Notes under the pieces: model-generated
What the model was told of the DNA's origin: nothing
The model's input: the letters and a program-made list of their open reading frames with translations, nothing else
Databases searched by the model: none
Origin: Camelus ferus
Lineage: Eukaryota
NCBI RefSeq assembly: GCF_009834535.1
Contig: NC_045698.1
Span: 12,650,001-12,714,000 of the forward strand
DNA length: 64,000 nucleotides
Direction: 5' to 3'
Translations under genes and position numbers: made by a program
In this document: positions 38,357 to 52,294 of the stretch, piece by piece
Layout of the letters: each line of letters opens with the position of its first letter
Position numbering within the stretch: position 1 is the stretch's first letter

Positions 38357-40609
38357 GGAAGGTGATCTTTGTACTATTTATATTTTTTGCAATTTTTTAT
38401 AACTTTGAAACAATTTTCAAATAGAAAGTTAAAAAAAAGTAACCACAACATAATGTATCAATTCTGGTAAAGTTAGACATTATAGTATTTCCTTTCCACT
38501 TCTTCTTTCTTTTCTTTCCCCCTTTCTTCCCCTTCCCCCTTTCTTCCCCCTCCTCCTCATTCCCTGTCTCTCTGTCTCTACCTCTTTCTGTCTCTCTCAT
38601 CCCCCTTCCCTTTCTCCCTCCTTCTGTCCTTCCTTCTGTATCATACAGATGAATACAGTTAGGGAACGTTTGGCTTACTGACATGTTCTACAGACTGAAA
38701 TAATTTTAGATTAAAGAATTAAAGGAAAACATTGGCTAGATCCAGGATAGGTGCTGTGCCTGGGAGAAATGGCAACAGAGATACAAGATGAGGTAAGGTG
38801 ATCCAGAACTCGTCTTTGGTTGTCCGTAGCTTGAGTAAAATAATCATGATAATGGCTATACCTTTACAAAATTTACAGGAAAATCCCTGCTTTATTTTGA
38901 TTTTAAAAATGACCATATGTCTACACCAAAATTTGTCAGGGTGTCGTAGAGGTTAGTAATGCGGGCTGAACCTGAATTTAAACCCAGCCTTTTCCATTTA
39001 CCACCTGGTTGATATTGGACAAACTGCTTAACTTTTTTGTTCCTCAGATTCCTCATCTCTTTTTAAAGTTTTTAGAAAAAATGGCAATAAATGCTTCAAC
39101 ATTAGCTATTACTAGTCTCAATCTTAATAATATTTGTAGATGATGTAGTATTTTTAACCATATATTATAAGATGTCATCAGTTTTGGAAATAACTTTTGC
39201 ACAAGCCTGTGGAAATAGAGGGAAAAGGAAGAAGTCAACAATTCACTCCCCTGTTCTGCTCTGATCCATCTCTTTGTAGGTCAGGTGGAATGTGGGACAC
39301 GCTACTATTGAGATGGACTTTGCAGATTTCAAAGGGAACAATAGGATCCCAGAATAGCAGAGGTCAGGTGGCAGCACGTATTTGCTTATTTTTATCACAA
39401 TAATAGATGCTGGATGGTTAGTTTTCGCCTGTTTATTTCCCATGCTGATGGGCTGTGTTTATTTTGTTGAGATGGGGGCTCAAATTGAACACAACACTCT
39501 TTGCCTTGTTATTTTCGATGGATAATGTTACCAGTCTTGCCCATCTACAAGTGGAGATGGCTTGTCAGTCCAGTGGGGCTCCATATACACTAAGTACAAC
39601 CACATTTTATTGGTGGATCTTTTCCAGGTTGCTTGCTTGGTGCTTTTCAAAATGCGCTGAGTAGCTGTTTGGGATTTGTCTCTGCTGACTCCACTGGGCT
39701 CAGTTTCAAATCTCTCCTAATCCACTAATGAACCTTTATTAAAGTGGGAGAGAGGTTGAATCAGTCTTTGGACACATTATTAAAATAAAGTTGGAGCAGT
39801 GAAAAGATGAAAAGAGAACAATAAAGGAACACTTGATCTCCCTTCCATATCCTAGTCAGTCTTTTTAAATCTGATTTTTTTTGAGAAATGTCAATATTAG
39901 TAGGTTAATTTTTATTAGTCTTTAATTTTATTTTTCAAGGCAGCTCTATGAAGAGATGCTCATTCATCAAACTTTCCCCGTTTTTGCTCTTTTGTGATTT
40001 AAAGTTCAGGTTGAATAGGTTGATTGCCCATGAGAATTTAAATGATTAAGTAAGCAACGAAATGCCAACCTTTTATTATTCTGAAAAAGTGTCTGCTTGA
40101 TCAGTTATTATGAAGCACCCTGATGGTTATTACTGCCTTGGTCCCAATTCCTCTGCTACCCACTCATGGTTCCCTGTGTCTAGGACACCCTGAGTCTGTA
40201 ATGACTTATGCTGAACTGCAAAGGAATCACCATGTACCTTTTCAAAGATGTCCACTCATCCTTAAAGTCACAAATCAAGGAAGAGATGGCTTCCAGATAT
40301 GGAATTCAACTTCTGACACCAGACAGCCTTTATTCTGAAATGTCTCTGTTTTTCTATTAAAATTGTTCACAACTTCTGCTGGTTACTTACTCAAATCTTG
40401 GGCAAACAACTTGTGTTGGACCAGGGGGTGCACTGATGAATGTTTCAGAATTCCTGGCCTCCCAAGGAACTTGCATTCTGCCACGTAATTTATTTTATAA
40501 GAGGAAGTAATAATAATTTTTAGTCATTGAATTAAAAGAGAAAACCTCAATGAAGCATAATATTGTGTTTAGTACTTGTTTTTGTCAGTTCCCATTTCTT
40601 CATTAGCTT

Positions 40610-40731
40610 ATTTTTGGGGGGGGTATAGTTAAGTTTATTTATTTATTTATTATTTTTAATGGCAGTACTGGGATTGAACCAAGGACCTCATACATGCTGA
40701 GCATGGGCTCTACCATTGAGCTGTACCCTCC
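40610..40731 (-). mobile_element. tRNA-derived SINE (Vic-1-like)
   Basis: gtactgggattgaacc.aggacctca..catgct.agcatg.gctctacca.tgagct.taccctccc. TSD-like cattagctt/cattaactt. Confidence 0.9.
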
Positions 40732-41299
40732 CTACTACATTAACTTCTTAATTGGGGGAAAAATGGCCATTACACAAATCTATTTTCAAATTTAGCCGTG
40801 GGTATTTGATTTCTCCTTCTCTATCTATATATTTTTATCTCTCCTCTTTCTTTCTCTACATCTGTATCTTTATTTTTATATATATATCTTTAGATCTGTA
40901 TCTGTATCTATATATAGATACATATAGATAACATATATCTGTCTTCATCTCTGTCTGTGTATGTAGATATTTGTTATTTCTTTTGGATGAGCTGTATTGT
41001 TTATCCATGAGAAGTTGCTAATTAAATCAGTACTTTTTCTTGTCCTAACTTAAAATTATATAGCATTTGATACTTGAAAGAATGCTTTTGTAATACATTA
41101 TCTCATATAATCTTTACTGGGAAAAATGATTATCTTCAAATGAGAAAATAGTGGCTCAGAGAAGTCATTTGTTTAAAGTCAGAAAGCTAGTTAGTCATCT
41201 TAGAGATCAGCTGTCTGTCTAAAATCAGCAAGCTAGTTAATGATGACACTGAAGTATAAAGAAAATGGTTAATTGTCTTTCTATTTCATGTATTTGTTC

Positions 41300-41960
41300 T
41301 ATAAATAGTTGTTGAGTCCTTCTGTACACTAGGTATTATTCTTGATGTTGGGATTCAGTGGTGAGCAAAAGAGAGGAAACCTCTTGGCTTTGTAGAGCTT
41401 ACATTCTGGTGAGGGAGACAAGAAAGAAATCACACTATGTAGAACATAAGAAGGTGATAAGGAAGCTGTAGGAAGAAACTGAGCAGGATGGGGATAAGGA
41501 GTCTTGGAGAGTCATGGTTTATAAGTTAAGATAAGAGGGTCATAAAGGGAAGGAGATATTTGGGAAGTGATTTAAAAGAGGCGTGAGAACAAGTCACAGT
41601 TGAATCTGGAGGGATAGCAGGAGGAATGAACAGTGCAAAGGCACTGAGGCAGCAGTGAGCCACATGTGGTTGGAACAGCATGGAAAAGGGTTCCATTGGA
41701 AGGTAAGATCTGAGATGTGAGGTGTTGGGGGGTAGGGGCAGGTGAAGGTGTGGGCTCAGCAGAGGGTGCTGGCCCTGGAGGCCACCATAAGGACTTTCCT
41801 TCTTCTCTGGGTGATATTGAGGTCCGTTGGGTGGTTTGAGCAGAGGAGTAAACATGCTTTATTATCTGGCTTATTTTAAAAAGGATCATTCTACTAAATG
41901 CCTTGAGAAAAAAACAGCAGGAGGGCATAGGTGGTCACAGGGGATCCCAGTTGTAAAGGT
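41300..41960 (-). mobile_element. L2 3' fragment
   Basis: ataaata.ttgttgag...gagcttacattctggtg.gggagaca...aacagtgcaaaggc.ctgaggcag...taaggacttt...tttgagcagagga...ttttaaaaggatca. Confidence 0.85.
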
Positions 41961-44769
41961 TTTGTAAACTGGGCATATGTCCAAGGAGCAGTGGACGTAT
42001 GCTCTCAAGTTCTGTAGTCTAGCTGGGGCTTTTTCCACAAACTGTTGGGGGATCTTGAGACAACTACTTAATGTTTCACTAGAAACGGAAATAAAACTCA
42101 ACAGTTAGAAAATGAGCCAATTTCCTCTTACTCCCTATGATTTGTAGCCTGCTAGGATCCCTGAGTTTGGTTTTCTTTTCACTTTCTAATGCCAGAGTGT
42201 GTGTCTGCTCACCCCACCTCCATCCTCACGGGCTGTTTATTATCAGCTCTGACTTCCCTTCCTGACCTTCCTCATCACATGCGCAAGACGAGAGGCCACG
42301 GACAATGGCTGTGCTAGGCCCTGAGTCATTCTGGAGTTGTAGGTTGCAACCCACAGCCTACGCCTTTCATTAAAGCAGTCAAAACGGAGTTTAGAGATAT
42401 TTTAAAGGTTAAAAAAAAAGCAACTTGAACAACCTACCTAATCACTGAAGTATTTCATATTGCAGAATTTATAGTCACCGTGGAAGACAGACCACTGTGC
42501 CGGAGTTCTGGGACTGGGCTATGCCATGTGCATCCGTGTATCAGCTCTGTTTTGGTTTCATTTCACTTTAGTTATTTGATTGGGTGTCTGCAAAAGCCCG
42601 TGTGCACATTTTTATGAGCCTTGGGACAATTTACTGCCAAGCTTGCCTGAACTCTAAAATATGCTTCTAGTTTCTGAGAACCACAAATTATTTACCAAAT
42701 AAGCAAGGAAATAGAGGTCATTGAGTTCACTTCTTACATAATTTTAAACTTCCTTTCTGAGTACTGACATCTCCCAGCAGTCAGAGTGATGTGTTTTCAG
42801 GCAGAGTCAATAACAAAGCGGAAGGACTAGGAAGTGATAAAAGGGCTAACTGCTATCCTGCTCTGTTTGCTTGCTCTTGATGCTAAATGCCAAGAATCAA
42901 AGCTAGAATAGTGGAAGGTACATAGAAAAGAATCCTTCCTTTTCAATTTTATTGTGTTTATAGAGTTGAGCAGGAAATGCTGATAATACTCTATCTTGTG
43001 GGAAGTAAATTTATTTAAGGTGAAAAATAAGTACTTCCCTAAAAGAATAAGTAATCATTAAAATGGAATTAGAAAGCAGTATAGAAAGTAAATCTTCCGA
43101 ACACGAACTGGTGTCAGTTTCTTCCAAGCTATTTCAAGAGTGACTGCACATAACTAGCAAATATATTCAGCAGAAAAAAGAAAGAGTGATGATGAAAGGG
43201 TGATTCTATGAAATGTAAGGGGAATAAGTAATGACCTTCGATCAAATGAACAGGATAAAGAAGGAGGGAGTGATAAGTCCTGTGTCTAGTTTGGAACGAT
43301 GATAACTCAGTTGAGTGAAGTGGGAAGATAAGCATAGATAGTTTGAAAGTTAGGAATTTCTTGATAGTTGGCAAATTTCTTATTGTGTAGATTTACGTAT
43401 GATAGATAGTACATGGGTCCATCCAAAGGAGCTAGGATAAAATGTCACTTTTTTGGGGGGGGGGATCCTTTCCCCTTCAAATTTTATCTTTTTTTTTTCT
43501 TCCTTAGAGGGCAGAGGAATGAGAGGTACTGGGTGCTGGTGGGTCATTTACCTTGGAGATTCCCCTACTATGAAAGAAATAGCTTGTAGAGCCAGCAGAG
43601 ACCTCTCCCTGGGGCATTCTCCAATTTGTGAATTGAGTTTTTGGAGATGAGAGACCAGATGTTTTCATGACATCAGCAGGGTGTATTGAATCAAGGATAG
43701 GACCCAGAAAGAAATTCAGTGACTGAGAGTAGGGGGCAAGATTCCCAACTGAATTTAGCTATAATTTCAGATGCAGAGAGAAGAGTGCTCCAGAAAGCAT
43801 TGTTCCAAGGATATTATAAGTTATAAAATTCCTTCATGTTTATGATTTTAATTATCCCTGTTTCCCAAAGTGACCAGCAAAAAGAAGGAAATGGATGTGT
43901 GTGCCAGAAATTGGAAGGACTATATCCAATTTCACAGCCAGGCTTGTGGCTGGGGAGGGGATGGTGCAATTCAAAGAAGGGAGAGGGGCTGGCAGTTTCT
44001 AGGAGGAGAAGGTAGGAGAGGAGAGCAGATTTGGTCCATGATAAAAAGACTCATTGGGAACCCAGGCTAATTCCATTGGGATCTATAACACTCCAGACAA
44101 AATCCAGAAGAAAAAAGGAGTTGAAATGGACCTACAGATATTGAACTGTCAGAAATGATTTACATAATGGAAGTTCAGGCTATGAATAAGTTCACTTTTA
44201 CATATATGTATGACCTATGTAAAGTATGTGCGTTTCATATCCATGGTGGTCTCTGTAAAGACTCTTCAATAATGCCTGGCACCTGTTAAGGGCTCAATAA
44301 ATGTTGACTCTTTACCTCTGAGTCCACCCACAATTTGTGCCTGATTCTCTATTTTTCTGGTACTGTGAGCAACCTTTAGCCAAGCTTTCTAAAATGTAAT
44401 TCTGTCCTTTCTAAAGCAAATGCATGAAGTAAGAGTTAAGACTCTGTATTCTTGACTCTATATCTTTGGAATTACTTTCTCAGTGTTCCAATGTACTCAT
44501 ATTGGTCAGGCATGGAGATTCTTCTTGCAAATGGTTTTATTTATTTCAATTATAGGACAATTTTAAACAAATGGTTTCTATTATTTCTGAAAAGCTGCTA
44601 AAATAGTCAAACAATAAATACAATTTATGCATCTTTCATTTTTGCTTTGAAGTTATAGAATTTAATTTCTCTTTTAAAATTAACAGGATTAAAAAATAAT
44701 TTGTAGCACATTCCATTTGAGTTTAAAATAAGATCTTTAGTACAGTGATCATCTCGACCACCTGAATTA

Positions 44770-46380
44770 TGGTGAATCTATTGTCTTCCGCAGTTTGATT
44801 TTGATGGAACTAGTTATGGTTTTTTTTTGTTCTGTTTGGGGTTAGTTGAAATTCTTGAATGTGAGGGCTTCTTTCTTTAAGATCTTTGGAAAAGACTTGA
44901 CCATGTTTTCTTCATATATTTTTCCTGCTCTATTCTTTCTTTATTCTTCTTCAGTTAACTCCAATAATAAGGATGCAAAATTTTGCCCTATGATCTGCAT
45001 AAGATCCATATGTGTATTTTTATGTTCTCTGTGCTGAAGTCAAATATTTTAGACTAATCTGTCTTTGGGATCATGTAATAAATCTTCTGCTGTGCTGTTA
45101 AACTCATCCAATGAGTTATTATTAATTTCATACAGAATATCTTTCAATCTTAGAGTAATGATTTTTATGGATTCCAATTCTTTAATGAAATTCCACATCC
45201 TTTCATTATTTTGTCTATATTTTCTTTCAATTTCTTTAACCCATTAATCATTATATCAAAGTCTTTGGATGCTAACTACAGTGTCCATTTTTTTTTTTTT
45301 AATTTGCATTTGCATCTGTTGTCTGTTCCACTTGGTTATTGGTCACTCTTTCCTACCTCTTTTCATGTCAGTGATTTATTAGTCTATGGCAAACGTTATA
45401 TACAGTGCCAGTGTCCAAGCTCTGTATGGCGCTGCTTCTGGCAGACAAGGTGAGGAGCTGATCACTCCACTCCACAGGGCCTGAGCTGAGTCAGGGACAG
45501 GCATCTTAGTAAGACTCCTTCCACCTCTAGCTCTGCCTTTCCCCTTAGGCCTGTCTCTCCTGAACTTCTGACTGCGAGCTCTGACAGACTGTGGGAGATT
45601 AAGTCTATCCTTTAGTATCTTGCCACACACTGCTTCCAAATTTGATGGATGTCTTGGGGAGACTGGTGATGGTTCTCAGCCAGGCCCATTTTCTTAAGTG
45701 GGGCTTTTTCTCTTACTTATTATGGGAATACTGGAGATTTTAGTCTCCCTTACAGAAGTTTTCAAACCTTATGCTCAGCCCCAGAATTCAGCAAAATGCT
45801 ATGGGCCAAACTAACCAAGCATTTACGGATGCTTTAGTTTCCAAATCATTGTGGTCCCTTATTTGAATGCCAAAATATTGGCTGGTCTCTCTTTGCCGTC
45901 TTACGATCCTTCTGTGTGGCCCGGGTCTTACCCTCAGATTGCAGTTAGAATCAGCAAGTGCTTCAGGGAAGAAAATAGCCCTTGAAAGGCAACTCACCTT
46001 CGCAAAGCTCTCTGCTCCTCTGTTGAATTTTTGTTCATTTATTTCTATTTATTTCCACAATCTCTGATCTCTTATTTTCTTTTAAATTTTTTTCTTTTTT
46101 CTTTTTTTTTAAATTGAAGTATACTCAGTTCACAATGTTGTGTACATCAGTTTCTGGTGTACAGCGTAATGTTTCAGTCATACATATACATATATTTATT
46201 TTCATATTCTTTTCCATTATAGGTTACTATAATGTATCAAATATAGTTCCCTGTACTATACAGAAGAAGTCTCTGATCTCTTTAAATGGGATTTTTGAAA
46301 TCAATTTATACTTTTTAGTTGACGCAAGAATGTGTTCTGCTGCAATCAATTGCATTCTACCTGAAACCGGAAGTCCCCCT
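44770..46380 (-). mobile_element. Ancient L1M/HAL1-like ORF1/5' region
   Basis: T-rich degenerate sequence typical of antisense ORF1 (tctgctgtgctgttaaactcatccaatgagtt..taatttca). Confidence 0.55.
46074..46269 (-). mobile_element. Short L1 3' end with TSD, nested in older L1
   Basis: T-rich tail followed by ttgaagtatactcagttcacaatgttg. TSD tctctgatctctt at 46061-46073 and 46270-46282. Confidence 0.92.
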
Positions 46381-46574
46381 GGAGTCAACTTTTAAGAACT
46401 TGGGGCAGCTATGTCCTTCCAACTTAATAGTCTATAAGGAGGTATTCACCTATTTTTCCAGGAGCTTCAGGTGAGACTATAACAAAGAAAAGTGTGGTTG
46501 TTTGTATGTGACAAGTAGAGTTTAAAAATTACATTTGCAGATCCTGAACTACAAATTTTTGTATCTGCAGATGC

Positions 46575-46762
46575 TACCATCTGTAAGTAGGTGAACAGCA
46601 AGGTCTTGCTGTGTAGCACAGGGAACTATATCCAAAACCTTGTAATAGCCTGTAATGAAAAAGACTATAAAAAGGAATATGTATATAAAAAACAGAATCA
46701 CTATGCTGTACATTAGAAATTATCACAATATTGTAAATTGATTATACTTCAATAAAAAATTA
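46575..46762 (+). mobile_element. Short L1 3' end
   Basis: gtagcacagggaactatat.caa.accttgtaata...attgtaaattgattatacttcaataaaaa. Confidence 0.9.
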
Positions 46763-49700
46763 AATTAGTATGCCAAAAGTTCAAAGAGAATTCTATTTTC
46801 TGGTAATTTACACTCCTATGACATACAAGAATAACGATAGTATTGAAAAAGCCAAATTAATCACTTTTTTCCCCAATATGGGAAATATTTGTCGTGATGA
46901 ATACTGTAGGAAAGATTGCAATATTTGAATCTTGTGGGTGATAATGGGACCTTAAAGGTCTTGGCTTGGGGCCCACATGAAAAGCCTGACTCTCCTTTTT
47001 TCTCTACATTGATGGAGGGAGAACAGGGCTTACTGAGAGCTATGTGGCTGCCCACAGAGCTTATCCTGCAAACCTCAGTGCAAGAAAGGGTGTTAGTTTG
47101 GATGGGAACCTAGGAAAGTGCTGGATCCGGGGAACGTCCACTGAGTCAGTGGACTGACGTCTAAGGAAGTGGCTGTCATCACCCTTAAGTGTGGTGGCTG
47201 TGTCTGTGACTTCAGTAGACCCTTTTGTGTGTCTTGAATAAATATTCCTTTTGGACATGAACTTCTGGAATCCTTCATTTTGGTCTGCTCTAGTTTTCTT
47301 TCTGGCTTTTCTACCACCATGATACCCCAACTCTGCTCTTCATGTAAGTTTCCCTGATCACATGGCTGTACCTTCACATTTTAAAACACTTAACAGACTT
47401 TATTTCATTTAAACCTTATAATGAACTTACGTGGCTTGGCCTGGCCTAAGTTCCACCTTATAGACAAAGAAATCACAGGTCGTGAAATTAAGCACAATCA
47501 GTCATGGCAGTGACAGGACTCAAAATCAGGTCATTTTACTTCTTTTTTTTCTTTTCCTTCTTTATCATCATGTGAATTGATCCCAGTTCTAAGATGACAG
47601 ATGGCACTAGAGCAAAACAGTTCTTTACATCTGGTATATAGCTGAAAAGTGAAGATTCTGCACAAATAAATATGAAAGGAATTTTTACCATCTCCTATAA
47701 CTTCCTTTCTGAGACCTGGCACTATTCAAGCTTGGATAAAAGAAAGGGGCCTTACATAACTCAAAGTAGAGAAAATTGCAGACTCACAGCATCAGATAGC
47801 CTGCGGTGAACATCGTTGAAAGTATGGAAGGTCTGATGGTCTTGGAGATGGCTCGGCCCTGAATTGCACCAGTGAGGTACAAGTTCCTTCCTGCCGCTCC
47901 TTCAATTTCAACTTCACTCATGAATTGGATACTTTTTTCTTCCCACATTGGTCCATCTAGGAGAGGCTGGGTGGAACTGAATGGCTGGATGTCTAGGCTG
48001 AGGCAAGGAGAAGAGGGGACTTGGAGGAGTGGAAGTTCCTAGAGGAGATACTCTGATAAACTGGAAGAAAGACAACTACATGGGGGAACTGAGAAGAGAA
48101 TGAAGAACTACTAAGCTCACTGAGAAAGAGGATCAGTTGTATAAGGCAAAGCAAACTTGTTGAACCGAATGTTTTCCTTTGGTAATTTTGTAGCTTAAAA
48201 AATGATAAAATATTAGCAATTGTATATGATTTGACCCAATATTTTGTAACTGCTTTTCTATGCTGGAAGAATAATCTTTGACAATGTAAGCTATAAACAT
48301 ACATGGTTTAAAAACACAATGCCCTGTTTCTAACATATTAAATATTTTGATAAGTAAATTCTCAGTCATGACTTCATCCTCACTTGAAGACATAGTATAT
48401 TAGCCAGATGCTTGCAGTCTAGGAAGATTACCCCGGGTTCCACAGCTACAAGTGCAGATGTCACTGGAGGAGTGCCTTGGTGACTTAAATAACACTAGTA
48501 TTTTGCCATACTTAGAACTTCCACTTGGCCAGCTCACGAATTTCCACATTTGACTTTCAATCTTTTTCTTCTTTCTGGCATCTGAATTCCCTTTCTCTCT
48601 TCGGAACTCATTTATATATTTTTAAATACATTTAGCTATGCTTTAAACATGTCTGGTAGCAAAGGATGTTTCTTACTGGAAAGCTTTCCATGTTGCCGGA
48701 GATAGGGGACATGCCAGTTTGAGGTGAAGAAAGTAGAGAGATTTCACAAGTCATGAAAGATAAGCACACAATGGCTTTCCCATAAGTAAGCATTTCAAAA
48801 TGTATGTGTGGAAAGGAAGTAAAGGAATAAAATGCAAATCAAGTTATTTTAAACTATTATTTTCAGGGCCAAGGAAGAAGTTACAAGAATAAAATCCCTA
48901 CAAAACATTTTAAGTCCTTCGGTGGTGTTTTTTTGGGGAAGTAATTTAGAGATGATTGGGTATTGTTATATTTAATTTGATTTTTTAGAACAAAAGTTTA
49001 CCCAAATAGAAAGCTTTGTCATTCCTTTTCCCCACAACTTTAAAAAGTAAACTATGAGTCTTGAGTCAGCATCATTTTTCTTTTTTAGATTCTTTGCTTG
49101 CAAATTCATCCACCATCAAATTACATTGTATTCCTTCCTCTTTTGCCTACCTGTGGCTGAGCCTTTTATAAATAAATCCAAAACCTGGTCATCCTCTCGC
49201 CTGTTGCTCTGAGTAAACAGTAAGAAAGCAGAGGCCTGAGTCCAGTGATTTGATTTTATACAAATGGATCTTGTTAGAACATTTCTTTCTGCCTGGGATA
49301 TCAGAAGATTTACTTGTAAACTTCTTTGCCAAGAGAACAATGGTGGTATTTACTGTTTCTACCATCTGTTGTAGTTTCAAAGAATTTGCTTGAATCCTGC
49401 CAAAATGACTGAATTAAGAAATGCTTAATTGACTAATTAAAAAAAACCTCATTTGAATTATTCAGCTGTTTGGTCTTTACCAGTCCATGCTATCTATGAT
49501 TGTATATTTTGAATTTTTGTTCTATTATTTCTTGGCAATGTGTGGATCCAGCTATTTTTGCTAATGATACAGTCCTTTGAACTCCAGCTAGTCTATTGTA
49601 AAATTGAATAAAAATCTATCATGTCTCCTTTCAAAGAGAGCACTGTATGTACATGGAGGGTGATTTGAAACCACTTGAGAAGTGGGGATGAGATCCCAAA

Positions 49701-50792
49701 GGAACAGGCTAAACTAACTCTGGGGAGAATGGATCCTATGACTTGTGGGGCTTCTGAGTAGGACACACAACTTTGGGGCCAAAGCTGAAATTCTAAGGGC
49801 AATGGCCATGTAGTGGAGCATCCTTCCAGTCATCTCTGTTTTCTGCCCCTCTCTTACCTCTTCCTCGTCCCACCCCATGTAATTTGCAGCTTCTCCTCTA
49901 AATGTTGAAGATATTTTTACATAGCAAAGCTATGTCAAAGTACATAGCTGCTCAGGTTGCTCACATGTCTTGGTTTAGGTCTGATCAATTGAAAGAGTAA
50001 GGAGGAAACACATCGCTAGAGTGATTTCTGTCCTTCATTTCTCCATGTATATTGGTGTTAATTGATTTTTTTTTTTTTTTGGTTGTAAGATGCTTTGGAA
50101 CTCTCCCTCTTTCTTCTCCTTTCTCTTCTTTCAGAACGCCACCAAGAATTAGATAAATGTATCTATTATAAATGCTGTGAAGAGTGATTTGTAGTGATTT
50201 GTTGTCAGATATAGGGCTGACCTTGGGGAATCAGGGATTGGGTTAAGGATGCAGGTGGAAGAGTAGGGAAGTAAGATGCTTCCATCTTCCCAGTCTAGAG
50301 AAATTAGGCTGGAGCCACATGCTCTGAAAGAAAAGGAGGTGTTTGCATTTCTATCATCTTTGAGCTCTGATTACTAATGTAGTCATCTTTAAAGACGTCT
50401 ACTGTTTACAGTAAAACTGTAATCTCCCTCCTCCCCTCCTCTCTCCTGTGTTGCACAGCTCCTGATTGCAAGTTTATTTTTGGCATCTTTGAATTGCAAG
50501 GATGCTTTCACGTTCTTTCTCCTCCATGCACTCTTCCATCCCTGCTGCTGCTCTTCACTTCCTGCTGCAGAAGTGCTGAGTCCCTTGTAGGGTATCTCTC
50601 TCAGCCAATGAACATCCAGCAGAGAATGGAAACCTTCCACTTCCAAGTCAGGAAGAGGCTCCTTACAAAGTATTATATTTTTCAAAAAGTGGCTGCAATT
50701 GGTTTTGGTGTTAGGCAGCGAAAAAGCCCCCGAATGATTTAACATTGTTTGCATAATACAGATTTTCATTTACTGGAAGAAAACTTTGTGTT

Positions 50793-50794
<2 letters not shown>

Positions 50795-50828
<34 letters not shown>
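50795..50828. repeat. (GT)17 microsatellite
   Basis: Read directly; further GT runs at ~51314-51336 and ~51815-51857. Confidence 0.95.
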
Positions 50829-50830
<2 letters not shown>

Positions 50831-50834
50831 CCAT

Positions 50835-51800
50835 AAACATATTTCTTGAGTAACTTTTATGTGCCAGGTATGATGCTAGTTGACATATAATTGAACAGAA
50901 CAACCATGGTCTCTTCCCTCAACCAATTTACAATCTAGCATAAAGTAGACCTCACATTTCAAATCCAGAATGATATAATTACCATATAACCACTGTATCT
51001 GAAGAAAGCAATAAAAAGTACACAGAACTTATAAGATGATTTAACAGGGGAATTTCATCTAGCTTGGAAATTGGAATAATCCTTCCTAAGAAAGGGGATT
51101 TAATATGAGAGCTTAAGGATGAGTAGGAACAGAGCAGATGAAATAAGGAGCCAGAAGCTGGGGGTAGAAATGAAAGAGAGGTGGGGAGTGTAGAGGAGGT
51201 TGATGGATGGAGATAAAGTGGTAGTGTCATTGGATTGTAAGTCGCGATGCAGGGAAAAGCGTTGCAGTGAGGGGAGAGCAACGAGGCATTTAGAAAGAGA
51301 GGAGGTTAAGGGTTGTGTGTGTGTGTGTGTGTGTGTTTGTGAAATTGTGGCGGCATCTTGAGTGCAGTTTCTAATTATGACTAAATATATGGTGTGGTTG
51401 TGGAAGCTGGTGCTGCAGGTGGAGTGATGGCAAAGACCGCTGGGTATCAAGTTGGGACAGTGCTGGCCCAGGTGTTGATGATGTGCACACGTGATGTTGA
51501 ATTTGCCTAGCTCCATGGCAGGCGTGAGATGAAAAGAAGACTGTGAGTCAGTGTTAAATTCTTTACTGAGTGACCAGATGGTTAAGCAATGGCTACAAGG
51601 AGAAGAGGCTCTTATGGCCACTTGCTCAAAGGAGCCACTTACAAAAGAGAGAGCGAGCATTTGTCTGGAGCTGGCACTGGGGAATCGGGAAGACATCACC
51701 TCAGCACTACCAATCCTGAGATATCTGGGGCTTGAGAATATAGCATAGCTCCCAATCTCAACTTGAGACAAGTAGAATTTTGAAGGGAAAGTAAGTTTCA
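50835..51800 (-). mobile_element. L2 fragments
   Basis: tatgtgccaggta.gatgctag...ccctcaa...tttacaatctag...gagcttaaggatgagtagga; the distal part is degenerate and purine-rich. Confidence 0.55.
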
Positions 51801-52294
51801 GGGAAATCAAGGTAGTGTTTGTGTATGTGTATGTGCGTGTGTGTGTGTGTGTGTGTGGTAACTTGGAGATGATTATGGGTCAGAATCATGTAGAATACAG
51901 TAAGAAGAGACCTCCTAAAAATCTATACTCTCAGCCATTCACCCAAACCTTGACTCTCTTCTATAGCATGTTCCAAATCACAGTAAAATGCCTGCTTAGA
52001 AACTTCCAGCAACAGGCAAATCACTATCTTATAATGCACAGCATTTCACTTTTGGTAGCTTTTTCTATTGGAAAAAAAAAAAGGTTCCGTGTATAGTAGA
52101 TAACTTTCTAGCACTTTCTAGGTAAATGAGTAGAAAAAAGTGCTCAGAGGTGTGCAATGGAGGGGTAGACTAAAATGTTATTTTATTTAAATTTTTGTGA
52201 ATGAGAATTTTCTCTGTAATACGTTTGTGATTTAAAATATAAACACCAAATTTTTATTTTAAAAAATTGCAGCACAATCTTGAAAATTAATTTG

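Larger units (their letters stand above)
35840..38440 (+). mobile_element. Ancient L1ME-like 3' end fragmented by three younger insertions
   Basis: Pieces ~35840-36009 (ggacattatt.gg.caa.tg..taactgtacagtggttatgtaagaga), ~36180-36235, ~36685-36745 and ~38358-38440 (ctttgtactattt...tttcaaata.aaagtt) are collinear. Confidence 0.7.

Noticed and set aside
50100..50460. Strong plus-strand acceptor-like tracts at ~50134 and ~50458 (also ~32835, ~49088)
   Set aside because: No convincing paired donor or open frame; such tracts are common by chance.
50389..50769. 126-aa minus ORF
   Set aside because: No recognisable homology or exon structure.
51100..51810. Longest ORF in the window (236 aa)
   Set aside because: Runs through degenerate L2-like sequence and a CA microsatellite (THTHTH); no recognisable domain; non-ATG start.
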